Positions 29,211 through 39,446 of a stretch of DNA of 61,728 bases are shown in pieces. The translations under genes and the position numbers were made by a program. Origin of the DNA: Dehalococcoidia bacterium. GTDB lineage: Bacteria; Chloroflexota; Dehalococcoidia; DSTF01; RBG-16-68-14. The DNA lies in NCBI GenBank assembly GCA_040882355.1, contig JBBEBM010000073.1:1-61728 (forward strand), in the 5' to 3' direction. The notes beneath the pieces were generated by a model. That model was not told where the DNA came from and ran no database searches. It was given only the letters and a program-made list of their open reading frames with translations. The stretch's first letter is position 1, and each line of letters begins with the position of its first letter.

Positions 29211-30368
29211 CTACGCCGTTGCGACGGGCGCGGTGGAGGGCGCCTGCGGGCCCTCCGCGGCATACTTGGCGAAGAGCTGGCCCCACGGCGACTCCACCAG
29301 CCAGCGCTCGTAGACCTTCTTCTCCTTGAGCGGCCAGTGGTAGTAGTCGTGGAACGCCTCGCTGAAGAGGATCGGGATCGCGACGAAGGGCGGGCGGGTG
29401 ACGACCTTCTGGAGCACCTTCGTCGGGCCGTACCAGGTCATCCAGCCGAGGAAGCTGTGCAGGTGGCCGCCCACCTTGAAGCCCCACGACTCGTTCGAGA
29501 CGTCGTCGCCGACGACCTCGATCTCGCGCGGGTCGCCGATGCCGAGCCCCTGCTCGTGGGCGATGCGGATGTAGTCGATTGACATCGGGTCGAAGCCCAT
29601 CATCTTCGCTGAGACCGCGTCGATGGCGACCTGGTCGCCCGACGCGAGGATCACGTCCTTGCGCACGGGCTCCATGATGCGCGGCCCGGGGCCGTTGCCG
29701 GCGGTGGTGCCGTCCATCACCGCGAAGACGCCGGTGTGGATCTCCTTCTGGATCGCAAGCAGGTCGACGAGCGTCTCGTGGATGTGGCTGTGCGTGTAGT
29801 GGCGGTGCGTGCTGAGCAGCCCGCCGAACGCGTTCTTCATCGCGCCCGTCGTCGTCGTGTAGATGTGGCACTTCGTCGTCGGCAGGTGGACGATGTTCTT
29901 GCCGTGGAAGTAGTCCGGGATCATGATGCCGTCCGGGAAGATCTTGTCGAGGACGAGCATCGGGCGCTTGGGGCGGTAGACGTCCCAGCGCATGTCCTGC
30001 GTGCGGAAGTTGAACTTCACCGGGATGTCGTGGTGGCGAAAGATCGGCACGTACTTGTTCAGGTCCTCGCCCTTGAAGGCGTTCGTGACCACGGTCTTGT
30101 TTTGGACGCAGGCGAGGTCGTCGTAGCCCGCCTTGCGCAGCGCGACGACGGTGCCTTCGAGCTGCCAGGGCGTCGTGTTGGCGGACGGGAAGGGGAAGTG
30201 CCAGGAGATGTTGTCTTTGAGGATCGTCGTCGCTGAGGGATCGAGGAAGCGGCGGAAGTCGGCCAGCTCCAGCAGGCGCTCGTGGTCTTCGAGGACGGTC
30301 TCGGGGCGCGTGCGCAGCACGGCGACCTTCGCGCGGCGGCTGGCGGGACGTTCGGCTTCGATGGTCAT
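29211..30368 (-). CDS. DUF362 domain protein
   Basis: LKDNISWH, LPTTKCH, TGAMKNAFGG, DQVAIDA. Confidence 0.88.
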   Translation of the reverse strand: MTIEAERPASRRAKVAVLRTRPETVLEDHERLLELADFRRFLDPSATTILKDNISWHFPFPSANTTPWQLEGTVVALRKAGYDDLACVQNKTVVTNAFKGEDLNKYVPIFRHHDIPVKFNFRTQDMRWDVYRPKRPMLVLDKIFPDGIMIPDYFHGKNIVHLPTTKCHIYTTTTGAMKNAFGGLLSTHRHYTHSHIHETLVDLLAIQKEIHTGVFAVMDGTTAGNGPGPRIMEPVRKDVILASGDQVAIDAVSAKMMGFDPMSIDYIRIAHEQGLGIGDPREIEVVGDDVSNESWGFKVGGHLHSFLGWMTWYGPTKVLQKVVTRPPFVAIPILFSEAFHDYYHWPLKEKKVYERWLVESPWGQLFAKYAAEGPQAPSTAPVATA

Positions 30369-30532
30369 GCGTATCCCTTTCCTGTCCTGTCCTTAGCGTC
30401 GGGCGAGTACTCCTCAAGTATAACGAACGCCTCGGATGGGCATGGCGAACCGGAGCAGCCAGGCTAAAGCCTGGCCTTCGGAGTGGTGAGAGCAGAGGAG
30501 AGGAAGGGAAGGACAGGAGACGGGACGACAGT

Positions 30533-31504
30533 CTATTTGCGTCCGTCTGACCCGGTCTTGCGTGCGAGGACGGCCTTCACCTCCCGGACGATGGCGTCCG
30601 ACGTGAGGCCGTAGCGCTCCATGAGCTGGTCCCAGCGCCCGGACTCCGCGTAGCGGTCGCGCATGCCGACGGCGCCCATCGGGGCTGGGTCGTTCGCTGT
30701 GACCACGCGGGCGACCATCGCCGCCATGCCGACGTGGACCTGGTGCTCCTCCGCCGTCACGATCGCGCCCGTCTCGCGCGCAGCGGCGACGATCGCCGCT
30801 TCGTCGAGCGGTCGGAGCGTCGCCATGTTCAGCACGCGACAGTCGACGCCCTCCTGCTCGAGCGCACGGGCGGCGTCGAGGGCGGGCTGCACCATGATGC
30901 CAAGCGCGATGATCGTGGCATCGCTGCCTTGTCGCAGGACGTCCGCCTTGCCGAGCTGGAAGCGGTAGGTCTCGTCATGGATCACCGGGATCTTGGGACG
31001 GCCGGTGCGGATGTAAAACGGCCCGGGCGTGCGCGCGGCCAGTTCGATCGCCTGGGTCGCCTCGACGACGTCGGCGGGCACGATGACGTTGACGCCGGGG
31101 AGCGACGAGATGAGCGCGAGGTCCTCGATGGCCTGGGCCGAGATGCCGTCTTCGCCGACGCTGATGCCGCCGTGGCTCGCGACCATCTTCACGTTCAGGC
31201 CCGGCTGCGCGACGCTCACTCGGATCTGGTCGAAGCAGCGCCCGGGCATGAAGACGCCGAAGGTGCTGCAGAAGGCGGTCTTGCCCGCCGCGGCCAGGCC
31301 CGCAGAGACGCCGATCATGTTCTGCTCGGCGATGCCGACGCTGAAGAAGCGGTCGGGATACGCCTCACGGAACTGCCGCGCCGTGGTTGAGACGCCCAGG
31401 TCGGCGTCGACGACGACGATCGGCAGGCCCTCGCCCGCGAGGCGCTTCAACGTCGGGCCGAGCGCTTCTCGGGTCGCGGCGGGCGCCGGCGACACGGCCG
31501 TCAT
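30533..31504 (-). CDS. Transketolase C-terminal subunit
   Basis: DADL, GIAEQNM, AEEH. Confidence 0.93.
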   Translation of the reverse strand: MTAVSPAPAATREALGPTLKRLAGEGLPIVVVDADLGVSTTARQFREAYPDRFFSVGIAEQNMIGVSAGLAAAGKTAFCSTFGVFMPGRCFDQIRVSVAQPGLNVKMVASHGGISVGEDGISAQAIEDLALISSLPGVNVIVPADVVEATQAIELAARTPGPFYIRTGRPKIPVIHDETYRFQLGKADVLRQGSDATIIALGIMVQPALDAARALEQEGVDCRVLNMATLRPLDEAAIVAAARETGAIVTAEEHQVHVGMAAMVARVVTANDPAPMGAVGMRDRYAESGRWDQLMERYGLTSDAIVREVKAVLARKTGSDGRK

Positions 31505-32325
31505 TCGCCGATCTCCGCGAGCGCTTGTTCGGCCTGCTCCTTTGAAGGGGCCTTGCCGTGCCAGTCCGGGTTGTTCTCCATGAAGCTGACGCCTTTGCCC
31601 TTCACAGTGCGCGCGATGATCGCCGTCGGCTTGCCGGTGATGCCCTTCGCTTCCTCGAAGGCGTCGACGAGCTGGCCAAGGTCGTGGCCGTCGACGGGGA
31701 TGACGTGCCAGCCGAAGGCCGTCAGCTTCGCGTCGAGCGGCTCCAGGTCCATCGTCTCGGCGACGTACCAGTCGTTCTGGACGCCGTTGCGGTCGATGAT
31801 GGCCACCAGGTTGTCGAGCTGATGGAAGGGGGCGCACATCAGCGCCTCCCAGGTCTGACCCTCCTGGCATTCGCCGTCGCCGAGCAGGCAGTAGACGCGG
31901 AAGGCCTTGCCGTCGAGTCGCGCGGCGAGACACTGACCGATCGAGTAGGAGAGCCCCTGCCCGAGCGATCCCGACGACATCTCCACGCCGGGCGGCGATC
32001 CCGCCTTCGGGTGCCCCTGCAGGCGGCTATCGAGCTTGCGGAACGTGGTCAGCTCCTCGACCGGGAAGTAGCCCGCCTCGGCCATGGTGGAGTAGAGCAC
32101 CGGGCAGGCGTGGCCCTTGCTCAAGATGAAGCGGTCTCGGTCAGGCCAGTCGGGGCGCTTCGGGTCGTGGCGAAGCACGCTGAAGTAGATGGCCGTTAGG
32201 ATCTCGACGGAAGAGAGCGAGCCGCCAGGATGCCCGCTGCCCAGGTCGGCGAGCATGGTGATGATATCGCGGCGTATGCGCCGCGCTGTGGCTTCCAGCT
32301 CTTGCACAGTGTCTGTCGCTACCAA
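31501..32325 (-). CDS. Transketolase N-terminal subunit
   Basis: GHPGGSLS, DRFILSKGH, GDGECQEG. Confidence 0.95.
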   Translation of the reverse strand: MVATDTVQELEATARRIRRDIITMLADLGSGHPGGSLSSVEILTAIYFSVLRHDPKRPDWPDRDRFILSKGHACPVLYSTMAEAGYFPVEELTTFRKLDSRLQGHPKAGSPPGVEMSSGSLGQGLSYSIGQCLAARLDGKAFRVYCLLGDGECQEGQTWEALMCAPFHQLDNLVAIIDRNGVQNDWYVAETMDLEPLDAKLTAFGWHVIPVDGHDLGQLVDAFEEAKGITGKPTAIIARTVKGKGVSFMENNPDWHGKAPSKEQAEQALAEIGE

Positions 32326-32448
32326 GGGTGATACGCAGGCCGGGATAAGGTCGCGGCCTCATTATAGGGACGGCCGGCGTAGTGTGTCCACACATGCCCT
32401 GGGGCGATGCCCTGACTTTGGCGTGGCGTCGCCCTAAGCAGCGGCAGA

Positions 32449-32478
32449 TGTAGGGGCGGGCTTCAAACCCGCCCCTAC
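32449..32478. repeat. GTAG REP palindrome
   Basis: GTAGGGGCGGGCTTCAAACCCGCCCCTAC. Confidence 0.8.
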
Positions 32479-32505
32479 GGAGGTCTCTGTACCTTCCGGG
32501 CGCAT

Positions 32506-33579
32506 CTATCGCTTGTGGGCGATGTAGTAGTTGTTGAGGATGTCGCCCTCGACATTCTTGACTTCGATGGCGCCGAATCCTGCTTCCGCGAGCAGCTCGC
32601 GCGCCTGCTGCTCGCCCCAGACGGTACCCAGCCCCTCGCCGTCCAGCGCCAGTGAGACGGTCATGCAGTGCATCGTCGATATGGTGTAGAGGAATGGGGC
32701 GAGCGGGTGCTCCAGGTTCTCTTCCAAGTTGCTGGAAGCGGCGATGTCGACGCAGAGGAAGACGCCACCCGGCCGGAGCGACTCGTAGATGCCCATGAGC
32801 ACCTTGCGTGGTTGCGCCTGGTCGTGGATCGCGTCGAAGACGGTGATCAGGTCGAACTGCTGGGAGCCTTCGAGCGTGGCGACGTCCCTCACCTCGAACC
32901 GGGCGTTGCTCACGCCCAACTCCTTGGCTTCTGCGTTGCCTCTCGCGACACCTTCCTCAGAGAAGTCGTAGCCGGTGAAGCGGCTGTTCGGGAAGGCCCG
33001 AGCCATCAGGTTGACGGCATGGCCGGCGCCGCAGCCGACGTCCGCAACGTCGATACCCGCCTTGAGCCGGTCGACCAGGCCCGGCACCAGCGGCAGCGTC
33101 ACGTCGATGAGGGTTGCGTCGAAGACCTGGGCGCTCTCCTCGCGCATCAGTTCCTGAAAGCGCGGGTAGCCCGAGTAGGGCACGCCGCCGCCGTTCTTGA
33201 AACTCTCGACAATGCCGGTCTCGACGTTGCCCATCTCCGAGAAGAACTGGGCGAACGAGCCGAGGTTGCCCGGTCCCGCCGCTCTCGTGAGCGACGCGGC
33301 GTGCTCCGGCGGGAGCGCGTAGGTCTGGCCCGCCGGGTCGTAGTCGATGATGCGGCCGGTCACCATCGCGCCGAGCCACTCGCGCACGTAGCGCTCGTTC
33401 AGGCGCGTCGCCTCGGCGATCTGGTGGCTGGTCGATGCGGCCAGGCCGGCCATCGTGTCGAACAGGCCCGTCCTGTGGCCGATGCTCACCATGAACGTGA
33501 GCGCGGCCCCGTTGAGGGTGCCGATCATCTGTCCGCCGAACGCCTCCGCCTTTGCCTGGTCGAGCTGCTCTGTTGTCAT
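32506..33579 (-). CDS. SAM methyltransferase with N-terminal winged helix (Rv2258c-like)
   Basis: [33 protein letters not shown]. Confidence 0.92.
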   Translation of the reverse strand: MTTEQLDQAKAEAFGGQMIGTLNGAALTFMVSIGHRTGLFDTMAGLAASTSHQIAEATRLNERYVREWLGAMVTGRIIDYDPAGQTYALPPEHAASLTRAAGPGNLGSFAQFFSEMGNVETGIVESFKNGGGVPYSGYPRFQELMREESAQVFDATLIDVTLPLVPGLVDRLKAGIDVADVGCGAGHAVNLMARAFPNSRFTGYDFSEEGVARGNAEAKELGVSNARFEVRDVATLEGSQQFDLITVFDAIHDQAQPRKVLMGIYESLRPGGVFLCVDIAASSNLEENLEHPLAPFLYTISTMHCMTVSLALDGEGLGTVWGEQQARELLAEAGFGAIEVKNVEGDILNNYYIAHKR

Positions 33580-33677
33580 TCCTGATCCTCCTTGAAGCTG
33601 GAGCGGATGTGCTGTGTATTGTATGCCGCTGGCTAGAGTGTCGCAACGAACCACCTCGCCGTCGCCGGCCGGCCCAC

Positions 33678-33686
33678 TGGTATAAT
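33678..33686 (+). promoter_or_regulatory. Extended -10 promoter of the lar operon
   Basis: TGGTATAAT. Confidence 0.6.
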
Positions 33687-33717
33687 CGAAGCGATTACGC
33701 CTAAGGGAGGCAACACT

Positions 33718-34482
33718 ATCGACGAGCGCAGGCTGCGCGAGCTCTTGGAAGGCGTCGCGGCAGGCACGACCAGCATCGACGTTGCTGTCGAAGGGCTGCG
33801 TCTGCTCCCGTACGAGGACCTCGGCTTCGCCAAGCTCGACCACCATCGGGCGTTGCGCGACGCGCTGCCGGAGGTGGTGCTCGCGCAGGGCAAGACGCCG
33901 GCGCAGGTGGCGGAGATCGTCCGCCGTCTGGCCGATCGGGCCGACCACGTGCTCGTCACCCGCGCCGACCGCGCCTGCTTCGACGCGGTGCAGGCCGCTG
34001 TGCCCGATGCCGCGTACCACGAGACCGCCCGCGCCATCACCGTCGAACGGAGCCCACAGACGATGCAGGATGGCGTCGCTGTCCTCTGCGCCGGTACCGC
34101 CGATCTGCCCGTCGCCGAGGAGGCGGCTGTCACCGCCGAGATCATGGGCAACGCCGTTCAGCGCGTCTACGACGTGGGCGTCGCCGGCATCCATCGTCTG
34201 CTCGATCATCTGTCGGTGCTGGCCGAGGCGCGGGCGCTGGTGGTGGTGGCGGGGATGGAGGGGGCGCTCCCCAGCGTCGTGGCCGGACTGGTGGCCGTGC
34301 CGGTGATCGCCGTGCCCACGTCGGTCGGCTACGGCGCGAGCTTCGGCGGCATCGCGCCGCTGCTGGCGATGCTCAACTCCTGCGCGGCGGGCGTCTCTGT
34401 CGTGAACATCGATAACGGCTTCGGCGCGGGCTACCTCGCTGCCGTGATCAACCGCCTCGCCCTGAGCGAGCGGCCGGACTGA
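33718..34482 (+). CDS. larB: Nickel-pincer cofactor biosynthesis protein LarB (probable ATC start)
   Basis: [51 protein letters not shown] 7 nt before ATC-GAC-GAG. Confidence 0.93.
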   Translation: MDERRLRELLEGVAAGTTSIDVAVEGLRLLPYEDLGFAKLDHHRALRDALPEVVLAQGKTPAQVAEIVRRLADRADHVLVTRADRACFDAVQAAVPDAAYHETARAITVERSPQTMQDGVAVLCAGTADLPVAEEAAVTAEIMGNAVQRVYDVGVAGIHRLLDHLSVLAEARALVVVAGMEGALPSVVAGLVAVPVIAVPTSVGYGASFGGIAPLLAMLNSCAAGVSVVNIDNGFGAGYLAAVINRLALSERPD

Positions 34483-34489
34483 GGGCGCC

Positions 34490-35029
34490 GTGGCCGCCAC
34501 GACCATGGCGATCGTCGCCTGCGTGCCAGGCGCCTTCGGGCGACGCCTGGCGCAGCTCCAGCGCCGCATAGAAGGAGAGGGGCGCGGCAGGATGCCGCCT
34601 CACATCCCGCTCCTCGGGCCGTTCGAGGCCGGGCCGCCGTTCCTGCCGCTGGAGCAGCACTGCTGGGAAGTCTGTCACCGCGCCGCGCCATTCACGGTCG
34701 ATCTTGCGCCGCCCGCGGTCGATGAGGAGCGACGGCTCCTGTCTTGCGAGGTGGTCTCAGGCGACGAGCAGCTCGTCGAGCTGCGGCAGGCGCTGCTCGC
34801 GGGCAAGTACGCGCCGCCCGCGGATGGCGACGCGTATCAGCCGCGTTGCGTGATTGCGCGTGTCGAGCGCCCCGATGACCTGGCGCCGGCGCGACAGGAA
34901 GTTGCCGAGGCTGCGCCGTCCGCGGCGTCGTGCCTGGTGGAGCGCATCGAGCTGATGGCGCGTTACCCCAGCGGCGAGTGGTATGAGCGCGACTTCTACA
35001 CCCTGGACGCGGCGGCGGCGAGGGCATGA
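34490..35029 (+). CDS. 2H phosphoesterase (2'-5' RNA ligase) fold protein with degenerate motifs
   Basis: [10 protein letters not shown] and YQPRCVIAR at the two HxT positions. Confidence 0.65.
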   Translation: MAATTMAIVACVPGAFGRRLAQLQRRIEGEGRGRMPPHIPLLGPFEAGPPFLPLEQHCWEVCHRAAPFTVDLAPPAVDEERRLLSCEVVSGDEQLVELRQALLAGKYAPPADGDAYQPRCVIARVERPDDLAPARQEVAEAAPSAASCLVERIELMARYPSGEWYERDFYTLDAAAARA

Positions 35030-36210
35030 CCCGCGTCGCCTACCTCGACTGCTTCTCGGGCATCAGCGGCGACATGCTGCTGGGTGCGCTGCTTGACGCT
35101 GGACTCGATATCGAGGCGCTGCGGGCGGAGCTGGCCAAGCTATCGCTGAGTGGTTATCGCCTCGAGGCGGCGCCCGCGACCCGGGCGGGCCTCGCCGCGA
35201 CGAAGGCGACGGTGGCGCTGGAGGAGGCCGCGCAGCCGCACCGGCGCCTGCCCGACATCCTGGCGCTGATCGAGTCGAGCGCGCTGCCGTCCGACGACAA
35301 GCAGCGGGGTACCGCGGTCTTTCGCCGCCTCGCCGAAGCCGAAGGGCGAGTGCACGGCGTCGAGCCCGATGCGATCGAGTTCCACGAGGTGGGCGCTGTC
35401 GACGCCATCGTCGACGTAATGGGCGCTGTCGCCGGCCTGCGTCTGCTCGGCGTCGATGAGCTCTACTGCTCACCGCTACCCGCGGGAGGCGGATCGGTGC
35501 GAGGGGCCCACGGTACGCTGCCGGTGCCAGCGCCGGCCACGCTGGTGCTGCTGGCCGAAGCGGGCGCGCCGCTCGCCGCCGGGCCCGACCCCGACTTCGA
35601 GCTCGTGACGCCCACCGGCGCCGCCATCGTCGCCACGCTCGCTCGCTTCGAGCGACCCGCGATGACGGTCCGAAGCGTCGGCTGCGGCGCGGGCGGCCGT
35701 GACCTGGAGGGGCGCCCGAACGTGCTCCGCGTCTGGTTGGCCGAGCGGTTCGATTCGCGGCCGGCGACGATGCTGCTGATCGAGACGAACATCGACGACA
35801 TGAGTCCTGAGATCTACGCCTACGCACAAGAGCGTCTCTTCGAGGCGGGCGCCGCCGATGTCTGGTTCGTGCCCATCCAAATGAAGAAGAACCGCCCTGG
35901 AGTGCTCCTCTCCGTCCTCTGCCCGCTCGAGCGCGAGGATGCCATCGCCGCCGCCCTGCTGCGTGAGACCTCGACGCTGGGCATGCGCGTGCGCGAGGTG
36001 CGCCGCCACGAAGCCGAGCGGGAGCTACTCGAGTTCGGATCGAGCCTGGGCCCGGCGGTGGTGAAGGTGAAACGGCTGCCCGGCCGGCGTTCTGTCGTCT
36101 CGCCGGAATACGAAGTCTGCGCAGCGCTCGCCCGCAGCCACGGCCTCGCCCTCATGGAGGTCTATCGCATCGTGCAGCAAGAGGCGCTGAGGCGGCTGGC
36201 GGGCGAATAG
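35026..36210 (+). CDS. larC: Nickel insertion protein LarC
   Basis: DCFSGISGDM, FHEVGAVDAIVD, PVPAPAT, ETNIDD, MKKNRPG, PEYE. Confidence 0.95.
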   Translation: MTRVAYLDCFSGISGDMLLGALLDAGLDIEALRAELAKLSLSGYRLEAAPATRAGLAATKATVALEEAAQPHRRLPDILALIESSALPSDDKQRGTAVFRRLAEAEGRVHGVEPDAIEFHEVGAVDAIVDVMGAVAGLRLLGVDELYCSPLPAGGGSVRGAHGTLPVPAPATLVLLAEAGAPLAAGPDPDFELVTPTGAAIVATLARFERPAMTVRSVGCGAGGRDLEGRPNVLRVWLAERFDSRPATMLLIETNIDDMSPEIYAYAQERLFEAGAADVWFVPIQMKKNRPGVLLSVLCPLEREDAIAAALLRETSTLGMRVREVRRHEAERELLEFGSSLGPAVVKVKRLPGRRSVVSPEYEVCAALARSHGLALMEVYRIVQQEALRRLAGE

Positions 36211-36297
36211 GCCGTTTGGCCTCGATTTTCGGTCTACTCTCCCTATTTCCCCACACGTCTCCCTGTCGTATCTTCGTGTTCGAAGGGAGGTGCGACG

Positions 36298-37305
36298 ATG
36301 TCGCTGAATGACACAGGACGCCGATTGGACCGGAGGCACTTCTTGGGCGCGGCGGCGCTGGGCGCGGCCGGGTTTGGCCTGGTCGCGTGCAACGGCGACG
36401 GGGAGGACGCCAACGCGCAAGGAACGCCGACACCGGAGGCCCCGAAACCTTCGGGCAAAGTCGCGCAGGCGCGGGACGCGGTGCTCCCGCCCGTGTCCAG
36501 CGAGCGGACGCTGGAGCTCGCGATGGACGCGACCGACGCCGACCACGAGGTGGCGGCGGGTGTGCCGTACAAGGCGTGGACCTTCGGCGGCGTCGTGCCC
36601 TCGCCGGTCATCCACGTTCGCCAGGGGGATCAGGTCAACTTCAAGCTGACGAACGACGGGACGCTGGGCCACTCGATCGACTTTCATGCCGCTCAGTTGC
36701 CCTGGGACGTCTACTACAAGACGATCAACGTTGGTGAGACGCTCGACATCCCCTGGTCGGCCGACTTCCCGGGCGTCTTCATGTACCACTGCGGCACGCC
36801 GCCGGTGCTGCACCACATCGGCAACGGCATGTACGGCGCCGTGATCGTCGAGCCGGCGGACGGCTACGCGCAGCCCGCTGACCGCGAGTACTGGCTGGTG
36901 CAGAGCGAGTTCTACCTGGAGCCAACCGAGGACGGCGCATGGACGGGCAGCTTGCAGAAGATGAAGGAGGTGCGCCCAGACTTCCTGGCCTGGAACGGCA
37001 CGGCCTTCCAATACAAGGACAATCCGCTCCCCGCAAAGGTGGGCGAGCGCATCCGGCTGCACGTCATGAACGCGGGCCCGACGCTCTGGTCCGCCTTCCA
37101 CGTCATCGGCGCCATGTTTGACGTCACGTACGTCGATGGCAACCCACAAAACCCGCTGTACGGCCTCCAAACGCACACGATAGCCCCGGGCGGTGGCGCA
37201 ACGTGTGACCTGATGATTCCTGCAGCGGGCAAGTACCCGATCGTGAGCCACAGCTTTGCCTACACGGAGCTGGGTGTCATCGGGCTGCTCGATGTCACCG
37301 CGTAG
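36298..37305 (+). CDS. nirK: Copper-containing nitrite reductase-like protein, Tat lipoprotein
   Basis: DRRHFL Tat motif + LVAC lipobox; HSIDFH, YHC...HH..NGM, FHVIG, VSH. Confidence 0.8.
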   Translation: MSLNDTGRRLDRRHFLGAAALGAAGFGLVACNGDGEDANAQGTPTPEAPKPSGKVAQARDAVLPPVSSERTLELAMDATDADHEVAAGVPYKAWTFGGVVPSPVIHVRQGDQVNFKLTNDGTLGHSIDFHAAQLPWDVYYKTINVGETLDIPWSADFPGVFMYHCGTPPVLHHIGNGMYGAVIVEPADGYAQPADREYWLVQSEFYLEPTEDGAWTGSLQKMKEVRPDFLAWNGTAFQYKDNPLPAKVGERIRLHVMNAGPTLWSAFHVIGAMFDVTYVDGNPQNPLYGLQTHTIAPGGGATCDLMIPAAGKYPIVSHSFAYTELGVIGLLDVTA

Positions 37306-37320
37306 GCCACGGCGCGCGTC

Positions 37321-37366
37321 GACACCACAGAGGCCGGACAGTCACCTGTCCGGCCTCTGTGGTGTC
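37321..37366. terminator. Perfect 21-bp inverted repeat after nirK
   Basis: GACACCACAGAGGCCGGACAG-TCAC-CTGTCCGGCCTCTGTGGTGTC. Confidence 0.7.
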
Positions 37367-37493
37367 GGCGACGGGCGTAGCTGACCCGCAGACGGCACAT
37401 GGGCCGTTTCGCCCCCCGATTTCAGGCCATTCGTCCGTTTGTTCTCGCCGTCACAAGCGGGATACTGCTTCCAGACAACGAGGAGGTGGTTCG

Positions 37494-38486
37494 ATGAAGA
37501 GACCAACGGTCGTGATCATTGCAGCGGCAGTGCTGATCCAGCTCGCGGTCGCCGCGGGGATCGTCACCGCGATTATTCTGCCGGGCGGCGAAGAGGTCGA
37601 GGCCCAACAGCTCCGCGAGTACGACCTGGAGATCCAGGCGGCCGACATCGATTACGGCGAGGGCAACGTCTGGCACGCCTGGACGTTCAACGGCACCGTG
37701 CCCGGCCCCTTGTTGACCGTGACCGTGGGTGAGACCTTGCGTATCCACGTCAAGAACAACCTCGAACTCGTGCACAGCTTTCATACGCACCTGACGAACT
37801 ACGATATGGCGTCAGACGGCAGCCAGCTCAACGTCATTTCAGGCCAGGGCGCCGGCGCGATGATCCCGCCGGGCGACGAGTGGACCTACGAGTTCCAGCC
37901 GACGGAGCCCGGGCTCTACTACTACCACTGCCACTCGGCCGACGGCGGGCTGACCATCAGCCAGCACATCCACCAGGGGCTCTACGGCGCGATCGTCGTC
38001 AAGTCACCTGAGGACCCGCCCGTTCGCGATGAAGTGCTCTTCATGTCCGAGAAGGGTTCGGAGACAGAGGGTGAGAACATCCCCACGTACATCATGAACG
38101 GTCTGGGCTTCCCGGGAGGCGAGCACCAGCTTGAGGCGGTCTTCCACGAGCAGGGGATCGATGCCGTGACCGCGCAGTTCAACAAGACCCTTCCGGTGTT
38201 CGAGGCCAAGGTGGGCGAGGAGATCCGCCTGCACGTCGTCAACATCGGCGACCAGATCCACACCTTCCACGCGCACAACGTCGCCCACGTCTCCGAGCAG
38301 GCGTTGCCCAACCAGATCTGGCCCGGCAACGTGCTGCCGCTGCTGCCGGGCGCCGTGGACACGCTCCGGTTGACGTTCACCAAGCCTGGCCTCTGGCTCT
38401 TCCACTGTCACGTCGTCGTCCACGCGGACGCAGGCATGATCGGATTGTTCGTCATCGAGGAGGAGGGGCAGCCTCCGCCGCAGTGA
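37494..38486 (+). CDS. Two-domain multicopper oxidase, N-terminally anchored or exported
   Basis: HSFHTH, YYHCH...HIHQGL, HTFHAH, HCHVVVHADAGM; AGGAGG RBS. Confidence 0.9.
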   Translation: MKRPTVVIIAAAVLIQLAVAAGIVTAIILPGGEEVEAQQLREYDLEIQAADIDYGEGNVWHAWTFNGTVPGPLLTVTVGETLRIHVKNNLELVHSFHTHLTNYDMASDGSQLNVISGQGAGAMIPPGDEWTYEFQPTEPGLYYYHCHSADGGLTISQHIHQGLYGAIVVKSPEDPPVRDEVLFMSEKGSETEGENIPTYIMNGLGFPGGEHQLEAVFHEQGIDAVTAQFNKTLPVFEAKVGEEIRLHVVNIGDQIHTFHAHNVAHVSEQALPNQIWPGNVLPLLPGAVDTLRLTFTKPGLWLFHCHVVVHADAGMIGLFVIEEEGQPPPQ

Positions 38487-38532
38487 GGGGACTGCTCCCG
38501 GAAAGGGCGACTGCACTGGAGGAGGTGAAACG

Positions 38533-39024
38533 ATGATCAGGAACATGCGATGGCTGACAATTGTCATAAGTCTCATCCTTGGGCTGCTCGTAGCAGCCTG
38601 TGACGACGGCGAGGAAACAGTTGATTCGACGCCGACCAAGGCGCAGGGCGGCTCGCCGACCGCGCCCTTGAATGGCGAGGAGACGACCGTCCCAATCAGC
38701 CTTGCCGAGTGGACGATCACGAGCGAGCAGGGGGCGGGGCTGTCTGTTGCGCCTGGCAAAGTTACGTTCGACGTGAGTAACGACGGTGAGGTGCCGCATG
38801 AGCTGGCGGTGATCGCCACTGATACCGATCCGGGTGACTTGCCCGAGGACGGCGCCGTCGTGGACGAAGAGGCTGCTGGAGAGCTTATCGATCGCACGTC
38901 GCAGATTGCGGGTGACGACAGCGCGACCCTGACGGTGGAACTGCCTGCTGGCGCATACGCGCTGATCTGCAACGTCGAGGGCCACTACGCGCAAGGGATG
39001 TTCGCCGAGCTGGCTGTCGAGTAA
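38533..39024 (+). CDS. Cupredoxin (blue copper) lipoprotein
   Basis: Lipobox VAAC; PHEL...CNVEGHYAQGM. Confidence 0.88.
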   Translation: MIRNMRWLTIVISLILGLLVAACDDGEETVDSTPTKAQGGSPTAPLNGEETTVPISLAEWTITSEQGAGLSVAPGKVTFDVSNDGEVPHELAVIATDTDPGDLPEDGAVVDEEAAGELIDRTSQIAGDDSATLTVELPAGAYALICNVEGHYAQGMFAELAVE

Positions 39025-39128
39025 AAAGTTAACGCTGTCGCAGTCGAGCGGAGCCGGCCTGACCGTATCAAGCCGGCTCCATGCTATACTGCCCGCCGAC
39101 TGTCATCGAACGAAGCTGAGGAGGTCTC

Positions 39129-39446
39129 ATGGTCACGGTTCTCGCGCGACTTACGATGCTTGAAGGGAAGGAGGACGAGGCCGTAGAGCACGTTCGCAAG
39201 ATGGCGAGCGCTGTGGAGGCGAACGAGCCGAACGCGCTGGCGTACGTCTGTCACCGCTCGCTCGACAATCCGTTGGAGATCATCTTCTTCGAGATGTACA
39301 CCGACGGCGACACGCTGAAAGCGCACAATCAGACGCCGCACATGGGGGAGTTCCGAGCTCGCCTGACCGAGCTGTTCGACCTGTCGAAGGTGAAGATCGA
39401 GCGGATGGAGCGGGCCGGCGGCTTCGTCCGCGACGACGCCGGCTAA
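39129..39446 (+). CDS. Antibiotic biosynthesis monooxygenase (ABM) family protein
   Basis: EPNALAY, FFEMY, AHNQTPH. Confidence 0.85.
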   Translation: MVTVLARLTMLEGKEDEAVEHVRKMASAVEANEPNALAYVCHRSLDNPLEIIFFEMYTDGDTLKAHNQTPHMGEFRARLTELFDLSKVKIERMERAGGFVRDDAG

